From Octopus vulgaris (taxonomy: Eukaryota), in the NCBI GenBank assembly GCA_951406725.2, contig OX597826.1, positions 23,374,001 through 23,438,000 on the forward strand: a stretch of DNA of 64,000 nucleotides, in the 5' to 3' direction. Below, one piece after another: positions 14,301-28,362 of the stretch (positions are counted from its first letter, which is position 1; each line of letters begins with the position of its first letter). The translations under genes were made by a program, and so were the position numbers. The notes below the pieces were generated by a model. The model was not told the origin of the DNA. It saw nothing but the letters and a program-made list of their open reading frames with translations, and searched no databases.

Positions 14301-17300
14301 TCTGAACGTGGCCGATGCCAGCGCTGGCTTCCATGCCGGTGGCACGTTAAAACACCAACCGATTGTGGCCGATGCCGGACCCCCTGGCACCTGTGCAGGT
14401 GGCACGTAAAAAGCACCAACTACACTCACGGAGTGGTTGGCATTAGGAAGGGCATCCAGCAGTAGAAACTCTGCCAGATCAGACTGGAGCCTTGTGCAGC
14501 CACTGGCTTCCCAGACCCTGGTGGAACCGTCCAACCCGTGCTAGCACAGAAAACGGACGTTAAACGATGATGATGATATTGTTATGAATGGTTCAATTTA
14601 AGGACAGTTGGTTGCGACCTACTTTTGGAATAAATCCATTGTCCTGTCAGATTCAGGTGGACTAATTAGCTCTGGGGAGACCTGCGACCCTTACAGGTGA
14701 AAGAAAGTTCGTTGAAAAACACCCCTTAAAAAGGAGGAACTGTGAGCTGTAAACAGTCGGCCGGCAGCTCTACACAGTTGGGGACAGAGCGAGTTAGTGA
14801 CAGGTAGTTTCTGCGATGACAGTGAACATGAAAGAGGAAGACAGACAGGGAATCTGAGGAGCTGACAAGCGAGAGAATGATAGAGAATGTGAAAGAGGAA
14901 GACAGGCAGAGAGTATTACAGAGCTAAGAGAGAGGGACTACGGTATGAGGGCACTTGGCTGTTGTTGATGGTATGTGTTTAATTATGTTTTGATATGTGA
15001 AAAAAAGAAGGAAAAAGAATGTGTTGGAAAAAAAAGAGAATGAAGGAGAGAGAAAAAAGAAAGAACTGTTAGAGAAAGAAGGAGAAAGACTCTAATGTAT
15101 TGAACTGTATCGTTAATGTGAACGTTATTTGTTTTAATTGGATTTGAACTATTGTCTCTGAACTGTATATTGCATCTGCATGCTGTTGATTCTGTTGCTT
15201 GTATTTACTTTGATGTACCTGATGTATCACATTGTATTTGTTGTAATATTTGTATAAACTGTTGTTAAATGTAGCCAATTGCCTTCCGCCGTCTCTCCTT
15301 GTGTCTGTATCTCTTGCTGTTGTTGTCATATCTCCGGTCGTCGGTTGTCGTGCTCGCCGCTGCCATCCCCACCGAGTCCTCTCTGTGTGGCGAATTCTCC
15401 GTTCGACTGAGCGAGAGTGGTCCGTAACAATATATATACACAATCACACATACATGCATACACACATATACATTTATATATACATTTACAGATGTACACA
15501 CACATATATAAATACATATATGGGCGCTTCTAAACAGTCATTCAATCTGTTAGAAATAGCAACCAAATTTCCCTAAGATTTTCCATCATGAAAAACCTTT
15601 AGTTACATTTTGTTTCAAATACCTGATCAATAACATAGTTATTTTACTAAATCCTTCCAACTTCTTGAATATTGTCTATATTATTTGAACCACATAGAGA
15701 TTTCCAACAGAAATATGGCTATGAAAAGGCTAAAGCATCAAGGAAAATGGTAACTTACCGATCATCACGCCCAAGGTTCCGTGCAGATATACGATTTACT
15801 TCAGTTTGCAATTCTTGTATAAGACCCTGCCAGCCATCTTTACTGAACAAAGAACAAATTTTATAATCAGAAGATTAATTAAGTAATTAATAAGAATGTA
15901 ACTTTGGAACAAAAATCAAAGTTAGAAAATTACTATTTTTAAATCTCATAATGAGAAATATTCAGAAACAGTACTTTGGAGTAAAGATTGTCCTAAACCA
16001 GGACTGCTAAAGTACTGTTGTGGAATATCTCTCGCTGTGAGATTTAAAAATAGTAATTTTCTAATTTATAGATCAGTGACAAGTCACTTTGAAAACTATA
16101 TATTTTGAACGGGAATTTGGCAGCACCACCTCTGGCCAAACAATTATTCTGTGCTGATGAAGGGAAATAACACGGAAATATCAGTACACAGATATTGTTT
16201 TGAGCTGAGTGGGGGTGCAAGATTCCCTTGTTCGAAAATATAAGGACACAGATCATGTAATATAGCCAGCTGGAGACAATGTCTTCTGGGGCTAAATTAC
16301 AGCAACATTTGTCCTAAACCAGGACTGCCATGTTATGTTGGCAAACAATCTTTACTCCAAAAATTAAAGTAGTAAGCAGTTGATATATGATTAAATAACA
16401 AAAAATAAATGGTCCATTGTTATTTCAAAATAATTCATTGGAGAGATGAAGGATACAGGCGTAGTTACAAGGTTAAAAAGTTTGCTTCCCAACTATGGAG
16501 TTTCAGGTTCAGTCCCACTGTGTGGCACCTAGGGCAAGCATCTACTACTCTAGCCCTGGGTCTTGCGAATTTATTTGGGAGAAAGAAGCCTGAAAGTTGC
16601 CCGTCATATATGTGTATGTATATCTATCTAGCTATCTATCTCCACACACATGTATATATATGGTTCAAAATTGTACAAAAGCACAAGATAGAGACAGGTG
16701 AGGAACCAATAAATAAGGTGTATTAATTTGGTAATCAGGAAAAATGGAAGAAACTTTGATGTTTTGAGCCTATACTCTTCTACAGAAAGTAATGAGAAAA
16801 GAAAATGGATGGAGAGCAGGAAAAAAATAAAGGAAATTGAGGAGAGAAAATAAATTAATATGTATGGATTAACAGTTTCACACACTGAACTGACCAGAAG
16901 GAAAGAACTAGTTGATGGCAAATGAGACAACCAATAATTTATAGAGGCAAATCAATAATGAAGACAAGAAAAGACCAAGGTACATTCACAGTGAAAATTA
17001 TTAGTGTGACACTCAAAGAAAAAAGCAACAGAGTAAAAGTTAAGATTAAAAGCATGATGTTTCAAGCCTAGGCTTTTTGTTGGATATACTGGAAAATAGC
17101 TCCAGAGAAGAGGAAAAAGAAGGATGTTGTGCATTTGTCTTCCCATGTTGTGGTATTGTTTACATACTTAAAGCATAAAACAAAATAATATTTCAATGAT
17201 TGACGATGCTTATATCTGCTGTAAAAATATGCCCAACTTTGAATTAATTGTCATATAAAAGTCTAAGGGAGTAAATACCTTCCTGGAAAACAAGTAAAAG

Positions 17301-20300
17301 TTGCAGTTCTATATTTAAGAGATGAGGAATTATGTACATTATTTACATTCGACAGATATCTGTCCAGGTGTCTTGGGGAAATTTCGAACCTGGGTTCTCA
17401 TTCCTAAGGTATTTTTCGATGTTATTATTATTATTATTATTGTTCAGGTCACTGCTTGGAATCGAATTCGGAATCTTGGGGTTAGTAGCCCACGCTCTTA
17501 ACCATTACGCCATATGCCCGCGGACAATTATGGAGTGAATATTAGGGTTTATAAATCTAATATTTTTCTATCCTTCTACTTTCTACCAAGTACAGGTTGG
17601 TATCAGGAAAAGCATCTTGCCACAGAACACTGCTTCAATAGTTTCTCATCCAGACCATGGAAAAAAACTGGACAAATGTAAATACCAACAAATGAAAACA
17701 TTAAACACATAACAATTTCTGATACGAACCTGAATGAGGATCTATGTCTTGAATAACCAGCAAATAACTCATCTGCTCCCATTCCACATAAAATTACCTG
17801 AAGAAAGATGGAAGAGTCAATGAAAAACAAGAGGAAAGTCAGGCTTAACAAACTTCATTTTATTGAGTCACATAAACAAGGATTATCTTCGTATTTTTTT
17901 AATTTATTCATCTATATTTACTCAGTGCAGGCATGGCTTCCCAACCATGTGGTTTTGGGTTCAGTCCCAAGTCCCACTGTGTGGCACCTTGAAAATGTAT
18001 CTTCTATTGTAGCCTCCGATTAACTGAAGCCCTGTGAGTGGATTTGGTAGATAGAAACTGAAAGAAGCCCATCGTATGTGTTTTTTGTGTGGATATGTGT
18101 GTCCCCCCCTTTGTGAAAGCACACGGCTTAGTGGTTAGGGTATTTAACTCACAATTGTAAAGTGATGGGTTCGATTCTTAACAGCACGTTGTGTCTTTCA
18201 GCAAGATACTTTATTTCACATTGCTCCAGTCCCCTCAGCTGGCAAAAATGAGTTGCACATGTCATTCAAAGGGCCAGCCTCGTCACACTTTGTATCACAT
18301 TGTATCTCCCTATGAACTACATTAAGGGTATGTGTGTCTGTGGAGCACTCAGCCACTTGCACATTAATTTCATGAGCAGGCTGTTCTGTTGGTCAGATTA
18401 ACTGGAACACTCATCATAGCTGATAGAATGCCAGTTTCTTATTTTTTTACTGCCCACAATGGGGCTACACACAGAGGGGACAGACAAACAGATTAAGTCG
18501 ATTATATCAACCCCAGTGCACAACTGGTACTTATTTAATCGACCCCGAAAGGATGAAAGGCAAAGTCGACCTCAGCGGAGTTTGAACTCAGAACGTGACG
18601 GCAGACGAAATACCTATTTCTTTACTACCCACAAGGGGCTAAACACAGAGGGGACAAACAAGGACAGACAAACGGATTAAGTCGATTACATCAACCCCAG
18701 TGTGTAACTGGCAAAGCCGACCTCAGCAGAATTTGAACTCAGAACGTAACAGCGGACAAAATACCGTGAAGCATTTCGCCCGACGTGCTAACGATTCTGC
18801 CAGCTCGCCGATAGAATGCCAGTTTCTGTCTCCTTGTCTGACTTCATGTGATGGTTGTAAATGAGTATCACTGTCATACAAGCAGTGTCTTTCATTTCAA
18901 GTTTTTCCTTGAAAATATGTTAGACTATGGAGAAATATTACCTTACTTGAAAACATGTGAGGGTTGGTGATAGGAATGGCATCCAGCCATAGAAAATCTG
19001 TCTCAGTGAATTCCATGTGACCCACGCAAGCATAGAAAAGTAGATGTTAAACCAGTGACGATGATGATAACAACAGCAATGCCCCTGATGGAATAAATGA
19101 AGGGAAGAGTGTGTGCATGCATTTTTGTGTTTGTTCATTAATTCAGGGTCACAAAATATTCCTGTATTGAATGAAAATACCTCATGGTATACCTATCTGT
19201 GTTGACTGCCTCTCTTTGGCATGAGTGGTGTGGCTTTTGTCCTTCACTGATAGAGGTCATTGAGAAAATAAGTACATCATCATCATCATTTAACATCCGT
19301 TTTCCATGCTAGCATGGGTTGGATGGGAAAATATATTATTTGCGACCACAATGAGACTCGAACTCGCAATCTTCTGATTTGAAGTCAGACACCTTATCCA
19401 TTAGGCCATGCGGCCATACCAGGGATTAAAAACTGTTTGTAGACAATGCCTCAGCAAGGCTACATTCCAATGATTGAAACTAATGAAAAAATAAATAAAT
19501 AAAAGAATAATGTTCAACAAATTACCTTAGCTCGACTGTAAAACAGCTTTCCTTTATTGGGGCCATTTCCCAGAATTCCAAGGCCTCGACTTGCAAACCA
19601 TATGGCACATCCAATGCTGTCATCTAATACAGAGCACAATGGATAGAGCAAATGGGACACACGTTTCTGCCTGAAAATAATATTTCATACACATGAAGAA
19701 GATTTATAAACTTTGTAAAGTGGTTGGCATTAGGAAGGGAACCCAGCTGTAAAATCCATGCCAAAACAGACAGTGGAGCTTCGTGCAGTCCTCTGGTTTG
19801 CCAGCTCCTATTAAACCATCCAACCCATGCTAGCATGGAAGATGAACATTAATGATGATGATGATGATGATGTGTGAAGTAAAAAAGCTATGGATCGAGT
19901 TGTTGACACTAACCCGTCTGAGACTGTCTCTGGTCTTTTGGACATAGAATTTACCTGTTCTAAAGTGTGCATTGCTTTGTGGATGGATTTTGTAGATATC
20001 TAATTCAAAGCTTTTCATAACTTTATGTAAGAACCTGTTGCTAAGTTATATTCTAAACAGCAGTTTCACAAAGAAATAAAAGTAAAAATGAATTTCTAAA
20101 AATACTCCAAATTTTTTATTAATTTTCAAATTGAAGCAAATTCAAAGTCTTACAGAGCCAGTCATCACCTGAAATAAATATGACTTGGTGACATGTACCA
20201 TGCTTTCACTAATTGTTTTAGGTGCCTGTGCAGTCACAAGCAGACATAGAGAGTCTCTTGACTCTCCCATCCTTTTTGACCCAGCTGCACATTGAAGGTG

Positions 20301-20674
20301 TGACAGCTGGTGGGAAAGAAAAGTTGTACCAGCACTCAGCTGGTACTCAGTTCAACTGAGTAGATTGGAGCAATGTGAAATGAAGTGTCTTGCTCAAGAA
20401 CACAATGCCACAATTCAATCTAGAAATTGAACTCACAACAGTGTGCATGTATATTTTCAAGCATGTAGGAATGTATATATGTATGTGTTCATTCATTCCT
20501 TAAACATCCATTTTTCCATGCTAACATGGGTTTGAATGTTAAGTTATTTGAAGCAGGATTTTACAGCCAAAATCTCTTCCTGTCATCATGTATGACATAC
20601 ATACATGATGACAGGAAGAGATTGTGTACATGTATGTATGTATGTATGTATGTGTGTGTGTGTGTGTGTATGTG

Positions 20675-20721
<47 letters not shown>

Positions 20722-23700
20722 GAGCAAAACGCCCCCCTGTCCAATGGATGGTGCTGAGTTGTCAAACATTTAAACCAAATTTTCTCAAAACAACTTGTCA
20801 GACCGTCCCTTTGAGAAACACTGATTTAACCTAAATTTGAGACACCATGCATTTTTCTCGCGTACGCGTAGTATCGATTGCAACAGCTGATGTACTTGTG
20901 TGTACAAATGCATGTTCCCACGGCTTTATCGATCGCATTCTCACCTGAAATCGATTTTTGTAATTTTTTTAAAGACTTATACATGCCCTGATACCGTCGG
21001 TATCTACATATCAAATTTGAACACAATCGGATGGAGGATGCCTGAGATCCTAGAAGACACACACAGACAGAATGGATTTTATATAACAGATATACAATAC
21101 TGCTGGTATAAAAAAAAAGCATCTAGTATAAGCTGTAAAGTGGTTGATGTTAGGAAGGGCATCCAGCCATAGAAAGCATGCCAAAGCTGACGCTAGAACA
21201 CAATGCAGTCTCCAAATCCATTGGATCCTGTCATACCATCCAAGCCTGCCAACATGGAACATTAATATTAAATGACGATGATGATGATGATTACATATGT
21301 ATGTATATATATATATCATCACCATCATCTAATGATCATTTCCCATGCTGGTATGGGTTGGACAGTTTGATAGGAGGTGGCAAGACCAGAGAGCTAGGCC
21401 ATGCTCCTCTGTCTGTTTTGGCATGGTATCTATTGCTGGTTGCGTTTCCCATGAGTACATTTTTACATGGTACCAGCACTGACAGGATCACCAAGTAACT
21501 TGAAAGACAAAAAATAAAATTAAAATTATGTAACACTGGATTAAGATATCATCGTCATGGCACTCTGTCGGTTATGACAACAAGGGTTCCAGTTGATCCA
21601 ATCAACGGAATAGCCTGCTTGTGAAGTTAACATATAAGTGGCTGAGCACTCCACAGACATGTGTACCCTTAATATAGTTCTCAGGGAGATTCAGCATTAC
21701 ACAGAGTGTGACAAGGCTGACCCTTTGAAATACAAGTAGAATAGAAACAGGAAGAAAGAGTGAGAGAAAGTTGTGGTGAAAGAGTACAGCAGGGATCACC
21801 ACCATCCCCTGCCGGAGCCTCGTGGAGCTTTAGGTGTTTTCGCTCAATAAACACTCACAACGCCCGGTCTGGGAATCGAAACCATGATGCCACGACTGAG
21901 TCCACTGCCCTAACCACTGGGCCATTGAACCTCCATGGATTAAGATAGATATATATAACATGAAGTAGAGATAAAAAGAAGTCAGTGTCATACCTGATTT
22001 CTTGCAGCTCGTCTTTGGTTACATTAATCTACCAAAAAATAAAAAAAATATATGTTTAATTGTTGTGATTCTTAACTTCATCTTTAAAGGTGAAAGATTT
22101 TTTCTACTGATTAAAAGAGATTATAAATATAACAATCATGATCTAGTGAGTTCAATTCCTGGACTGGGCTGTATGTTGTGTTCTTGAGCAAGACACTTTG
22201 TGTTTCACGTTGCTCCAGTTCACTCAGCTGTAGAAACGAGTTGCAGCGTCAATGGTGCTGAGGTGTATTGGCCCCCTTGCCTTTCCCTTGGATAACATTG
22301 ATGGTGTGGAGAGAGGGGAGGCTGCTTGCTCGTCTTGTGCCTTGGAGGGGAACTTTCTAGGTGCAATCCCATTCCTGACCAAAATGGGGTCATCTTCTAA
22401 ATGTAAATGTGGAGAAAACTACTTTGTAGGAGTGGCTGTGTGGTAAGTAGCTTGCTTACCAACCATATGGTTCCGGGTTCAGTCCCACTGCAAGGCACCA
22501 TAGCAAGTGTCTTCTACTATAGCCTTGTGAGTGGATTTGGTAGATGGAAACTGAAAGTAGCCCATCGTATATATATATATGAGTGTGTGTGTGTTTATAT
22601 GTTTGTGTGTCTGTGTTTGTCCCCCCATCATCGCTTGACAACCAATGCTGGTGTGTTTACGTCCCCGTAACTTAGTGTTTTGGCAAAAGAGACTGATAGA
22701 ATAAGTACTAGGCTTACAAAGTCCTGGTGTCGATTTGCTCGACTAAAGGTGGTGCTCCAGCATGGCCACAGTCAAATGACTGAAACAAGTAAAAGAGTAA
22801 AAGAGTGTAAAGAGAGTATGAAATTAAGGTTAATGGTTGGGAGAAATATGTTCTTATTAACAGCAACACTTAATGAAGAGAATTGGAGGGATCTCCATCT
22901 ATTGACAAAGATGATTCAGTTATTCAATCAACCATATTACCTGCTCACTGGATTAACATGTAAGCATGGCTGAGCATTCACAGAGCAGGAGAGAGAGGGG
23001 GGGAAGAGAGATTGAGATACATAAAGACAAAGTGAAAACAGGGAGCATTTCTAGTAACTTACCTCAATAAAGTTCCATTTTCTACGAGGGTTAAGTTCTT
23101 CAAGGGCAGTGTAACCAGTCAATCGATCAGGGACTAAGAAAGGGTTTTTATCTGCAGATGTTGTATGATCATCTCCTAATCTTAAGATAAAAAGGAAAGA
23201 AAAAATATATCACTGTTTTTAGTTTGCATTATCATAAAGAAAGGAAGTAAAATAGAATAAAAAGGAGGCACAGATTAACAAATTAATGAAATTATAAAAT
23301 TCTAAATTTTACAGTTGTTGTTATTTAGCCTCAGCTCAGGCCTGATCAACTGTAAAATATGACCAATCTTTCTTCCACACAATGTTGGTTTCAAAATTTG
23401 GCACAAGGCTAGCAGTTTCAATTACATCAACCCCAGTGATAAACTGGTACTTATTTTATAAACCCCATGAGGATGAAAGGCAAAGTCAATCTTGGTAGAG
23501 TTTGAACTCAGAACATAAAGACAAATGAAAGGCCACTAAGCAGGTTGCTCGGTGTGCTAATGATTCTGCCAGCTCACTGCCTTCTTCCCCATAATGTTGA
23601 CCTTCTGGAACTCCCATCCTGCTCATTGTGTCTTTTCTGCAGGTGTTTAATTTGTAGTAGTTTACGCAAAATATTAATGGCATCAATTTTGCCAATCTCA

Positions 23701-26700
23701 GAGGGCCTGTAAAAGCCATGGGTACTGCCCCTTACTCCAGACCCAACAAGTAAAAAAGGAAATAATGCCCAGAAAATAAAAAAAAAAAAACAGCCCAAGT
23801 TTTGACTCAATCCATTCTACTATAGGCACAAGGCCTGAAGTTTGGGGGAGGGGGATAGTCGATTACATCGACTCCAGTACACAACTGGTACTTCATATAT
23901 CAATCTCGAAAGGATGAAAGGCAAAGTCGACCTCGGCAGAATTTGAACTCAGAACGTAGCAGTAAATGAAATACCAATAAGCATTTTCCCTGGCATGCTA
24001 ACGATTCTTTTTTTGACTCTAGGTACAAGGCCCGAAATTTTTGGGGTGGGAACCAGTCAATGAGATCAACTCCAGTACGCAACTGGTACTTAATTTATCG
24101 ATCTCGAAAGGATGAAAGGCAAAGTCGACTTCAGCAGAACTTGAACTCAGAACGTAAATACAGACGAAATACTGCTAAGCATTTCGCCCGGTGGGCTAAT
24201 GATTCTTATTTCTTTATTACCCACAAGGGACTAAACATAGAGGGGACAAACAAGGACAGACAAAAGGATTAAGTCGATTACATAGACCCCAGTGCATAAC
24301 TGCTACTTAATTTATCAACCCCAAAAGGATGAAAGGCAAAATCGACCTCAGCAAAATTTGAACTCAGAACGTAAAGACAGACAAAATACCACTAAGCATT
24401 TCACCCAGCATGCTAACGATTCTGCCAGCTCACCACCTAAGACTGAGGCTAAACAATAACCTGGGATTGAATAATTACTCTATTACTATTTTACTTGTTT
24501 CAGTCATTTGACTGCGGCCATGCTGGAGCACCGCCTTTAGTCGAGCAAATAGACCCCAGGACTTATTCTTTGCAAGCGTAGTACTTATTCTATTAGTCTC
24601 TTTTGCCGAATCACTAAGTAACAGGGACGCAAACATGCCAGCATCGGTTGTCAAGTGATGTTGCGGGGAGAAACACAGACATACAAACACACACACATAT
24701 ATATACACATGACAGGTTTCTTTCAGTTTCCGTCTACCAAATCCACTCACAAGGCTTTGGTCGGCCCAAAGCTATAGTAGAAGACACTTGCACAAAGTGC
24801 CTTGCAGTGGGACTGAACCTGGAACCATGTGGTTGGTAAGCAGGCTACTTACCACACAGCCACTCCTGCGCCTATAAGAACAGCAACAAAAGATTTTTTA
24901 AAATGATGTAAAAAAGAAAATAAGAAGCAGTTAGAGAATCATCTTACCCATTGTTTCTTTTATCTTTTTTTTTCTTCTTCTGTTGTTGTTGTTGTTCTGA
25001 ACCAGGTGAAGCAAATGCAACATTGAGTAAATCAATAGATTTTTCTGGATCTACATATCTGTAATGAAATTATATAGACCTATAATAAAATATGCATATG
25101 TGGTGCATACACACAAACATATAAATATACACACATTTTCATATATGTGTGTATAAATATATAGTTGTATATATTTAGTTTTACTTGTATCAATCATTAG
25201 ACTGTGGCCATGCTGGGGCACCACCCAGAAAATTTTTTAGGTGAATCAACCCGTGTACTTATTTTTTTCTTTTTATAAGCTTGTTACTTATTTTATTGAC
25301 CTCTGGTTTGATGATGTTGGATCACAAGTGAGATCACATTAAGGACACTGGTGGTGAAGTGCTCCCCTATGTGCCATCAAGCACATGATAGACTGAACAA
25401 GTGATTGACTAAATTAAAATAGAAACAATCATTCCATTGCTATATTGCCTGCCAACATCATCATCACCACCACCATCATCATTAGCATCACTGTCAGCAT
25501 TGCTATCATCATTTTCATCATCTCCTCCCTCCTCATCATCATACACAAAAAGAAGAGGGCATCTGCTTGATCACTGGACCTTTTAGAAACAGCAGTAAAT
25601 TTCTCTTAAATCACATCCCTACCTCCTTGAAAACAAAAAAGGATACTTTGGACAAAACAGCTGCTGATATACGAAAAAGACACAATGGTCATGGTTAGAA
25701 TGTTTTTCACCGTAGGTCTAGTCAATCAGCAACATCATTATTTTACCATGTTGTCATTGATTAGGTGTGGTTGTGTGGTAAGTAGCTTGCTTACGAACCA
25801 CATGGTTCCAGGTTCAGTCCCACTACGTGGCACCATGGACGGGTGTCTTCTTGTGAGTGGATTTAGTAGACGGAAATTGAAAGAAGCCCATTGTACATAT
25901 GTATGTGTGTGTATATGTTTGTCTCCCCCAACATTGCTTGACAACCGATGCTGGTGTGTTTACGCACCCATAACTTAGTGGTTCAGCAAAAGAGACCAAT
26001 AGAATAAGTACTAGGCATACAAAAAAATAAGTCCTGGGGTCAATTTGCTTGACAAAAGGTGGTGCTCCAGCATGGCCACAGTCACATGACTAAAACAAGT
26101 AAAAGAGTATGTCAGACAGATTTCACTGCTCCAAAGATTTTCTATTCCAGATGCCCTTCCTGTCACCAACCCTCACCTGTTTCAAAGCAAGGTATTACTT
26201 GCCCATGGTTGCACAATATGCTTTCAAAGAATGGAAGTGAAGGACACTATTTGCAAGAGAACAATCCTCGTTTACCACTATCACACATTGTCAAGACAAT
26301 AAGATTCACAGACATATACAAACACACACACAGAGTTTCATAGAAACTGAAACTGAGCATTGTCTTACAACTTGGGTTTAATGCAAGAACTATTACAATT
26401 TTATTGAAAATCACAATGGCATGAAACTTGTGCCATGAGAAAACTTCTCATTTTCCATTTCAATCACAAAACCATACCTTCTATGACAGGTATTGAATAC
26501 TTCTCTCTTGTTCATTCAACATAACCAACATCTGTGTGTGTGTGTACATCACATGCTTTTTTAAGTTTCTGGTGACCAAATTCACTCACAAGGCTTAGGT
26601 CAGCTTAGGGATTATAGCAGAAGACCCTTGCCCAATGTACCACACAGTGGGACTGAACCTGAAACCATAAAGTTGGTAAGCAAACTACTTAACCACATAG

Positions 26701-26927
26701 CCATAACTACCCAAACTCAAAATGCAAAGAATGAAAAATGTTGCCAACAAATTAAGAAAAACAATTTGGTACAGGGATGCTGTGTGGTAAGAAGCTTGCT
26801 TCCCAACCACATGGTTCCATGTCCAGTCCCACTACATGGCACCTTGGGTAAGTGTCTTCTAGTATATACTCAAGCCAACCAAAGTCTTGTGAGTGGATTT
26901 GGTAGACAGAAACTGAAAGAAACCCAT

Positions 26928-26963
<36 letters not shown>

Positions 26964-28325
26964 AATGTATGTGTGCATGTCTGTGTCTATGTGTGTGTGT
27001 TTGCACCCCCACCTCATCACTTGATAACTGGTCTTGGTGTGTTTATGTCTCTGTAACTTAGCGCTTCAGCAAAGAGACTGACAGAATAAGTACTAGGCTT
27101 AAAAGTAAGACCTGCGGTCTAATTGTTCAATAAAAACACTTCAAGGCGGTGATCCAGCATGGCCACAGTCAAATGATTGAAACAAATAATAAGAAAAAAA
27201 AATAGAAACTAAAATCACAAATCATTTCTTTACCGATCAGCAAGAGCTGCAATAACAGCGGCGTCAAGACCACCAGAGAACAGAATGGCAACATTAGCAT
27301 CTCCTAAGTAAATTGTCGGTTTGTGAAGATCAATTACTTTGGTCTCAGATGAAATATGTTCGGAATCACAGCTATTATTCTCCTGCAATGGCAGCGATTC
27401 TTCAGAAACAACCAGATGGTCTGGATTCGATTCTTCAATTGAATGTAATTGTGAAACGGAATCAGTTCCACAATGCAAATTAGAAAATGGTTCCATTACA
27501 TCTCCAGAAGAGCATGTCTTGTATGAAATGTTATATTTCGACAAAGTATTAAAAGATAAATTTTTGCTACTTAATAGAGAATTTGGGATTTGATTTAAGA
27601 TACGAGTATTTACAGATTGTCCTAAAAAGTCAATTAGTTTCTCAGCTTCAGTTTGGAGGCCCAAGTCTGATTTCAACAAAAAGTCTAAATAAGAAACATC
27701 TAATTTATCTGTTGGTGGATGCTCATAGTTTGAAGATGGCATGTCTTTACAAATTGAAGGTAAGAATGTGTTTGTTGTTGGTGAAGAAATTTCTAATATT
27801 TCTGGGTGTAGTCCAGAGATAATGTTTGGATTTGATTGTAAGACATCGTCAAGGTTTTCCCCAGTCATTGGCCAAACAGCTTCTTTCCAAGGATGAAGAA
27901 TTAATTGGTATGGTAAGGTCTTCATTTTGTTTTCAAATTTCATACGGAAAATTCCTACAGCTGGAATTTCTGTGTATTTCTACCAAAAAAAGAAACAAAA
28001 AGTATAAACAAAATTATATCAATCAATATTGCTGTAAGGTGGATGATAGTGGTGAGCATGGTCTGAGTAAACGGACCTGCTCTGGGCATGCACTTGCAAA
28101 TTAGAGAAAGGACAATAGGGTGAGGGTACTTTGCCTTAGTCGTCAGGGTAATGGTGGTTTTGTAGGGTTCCTACAATTACCCCTTAGACATTTCACCAAC
28201 TCCTTCAAAGAAATTTTGTTTGTTTCATTTTTTGCCTTTTGTTTTTCTTATTGCCCATCTTTACATATTTTTATTATGTAATCTCACACTGTATCATACA
28301 GTACCATCCTCAGTCTTCTTATACA

Positions 28326-28362
<37 letters not shown>

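Noticed and set aside
17445-17520. Functional tRNA gene
   Set aside because: Stems pair poorly; it is the head of a repeat also present at 42726-42800
19343-19415. Selenocysteine tRNA
   Set aside because: 73 nt with a short variable loop, 7-bp acceptor stem and an Arg-type body
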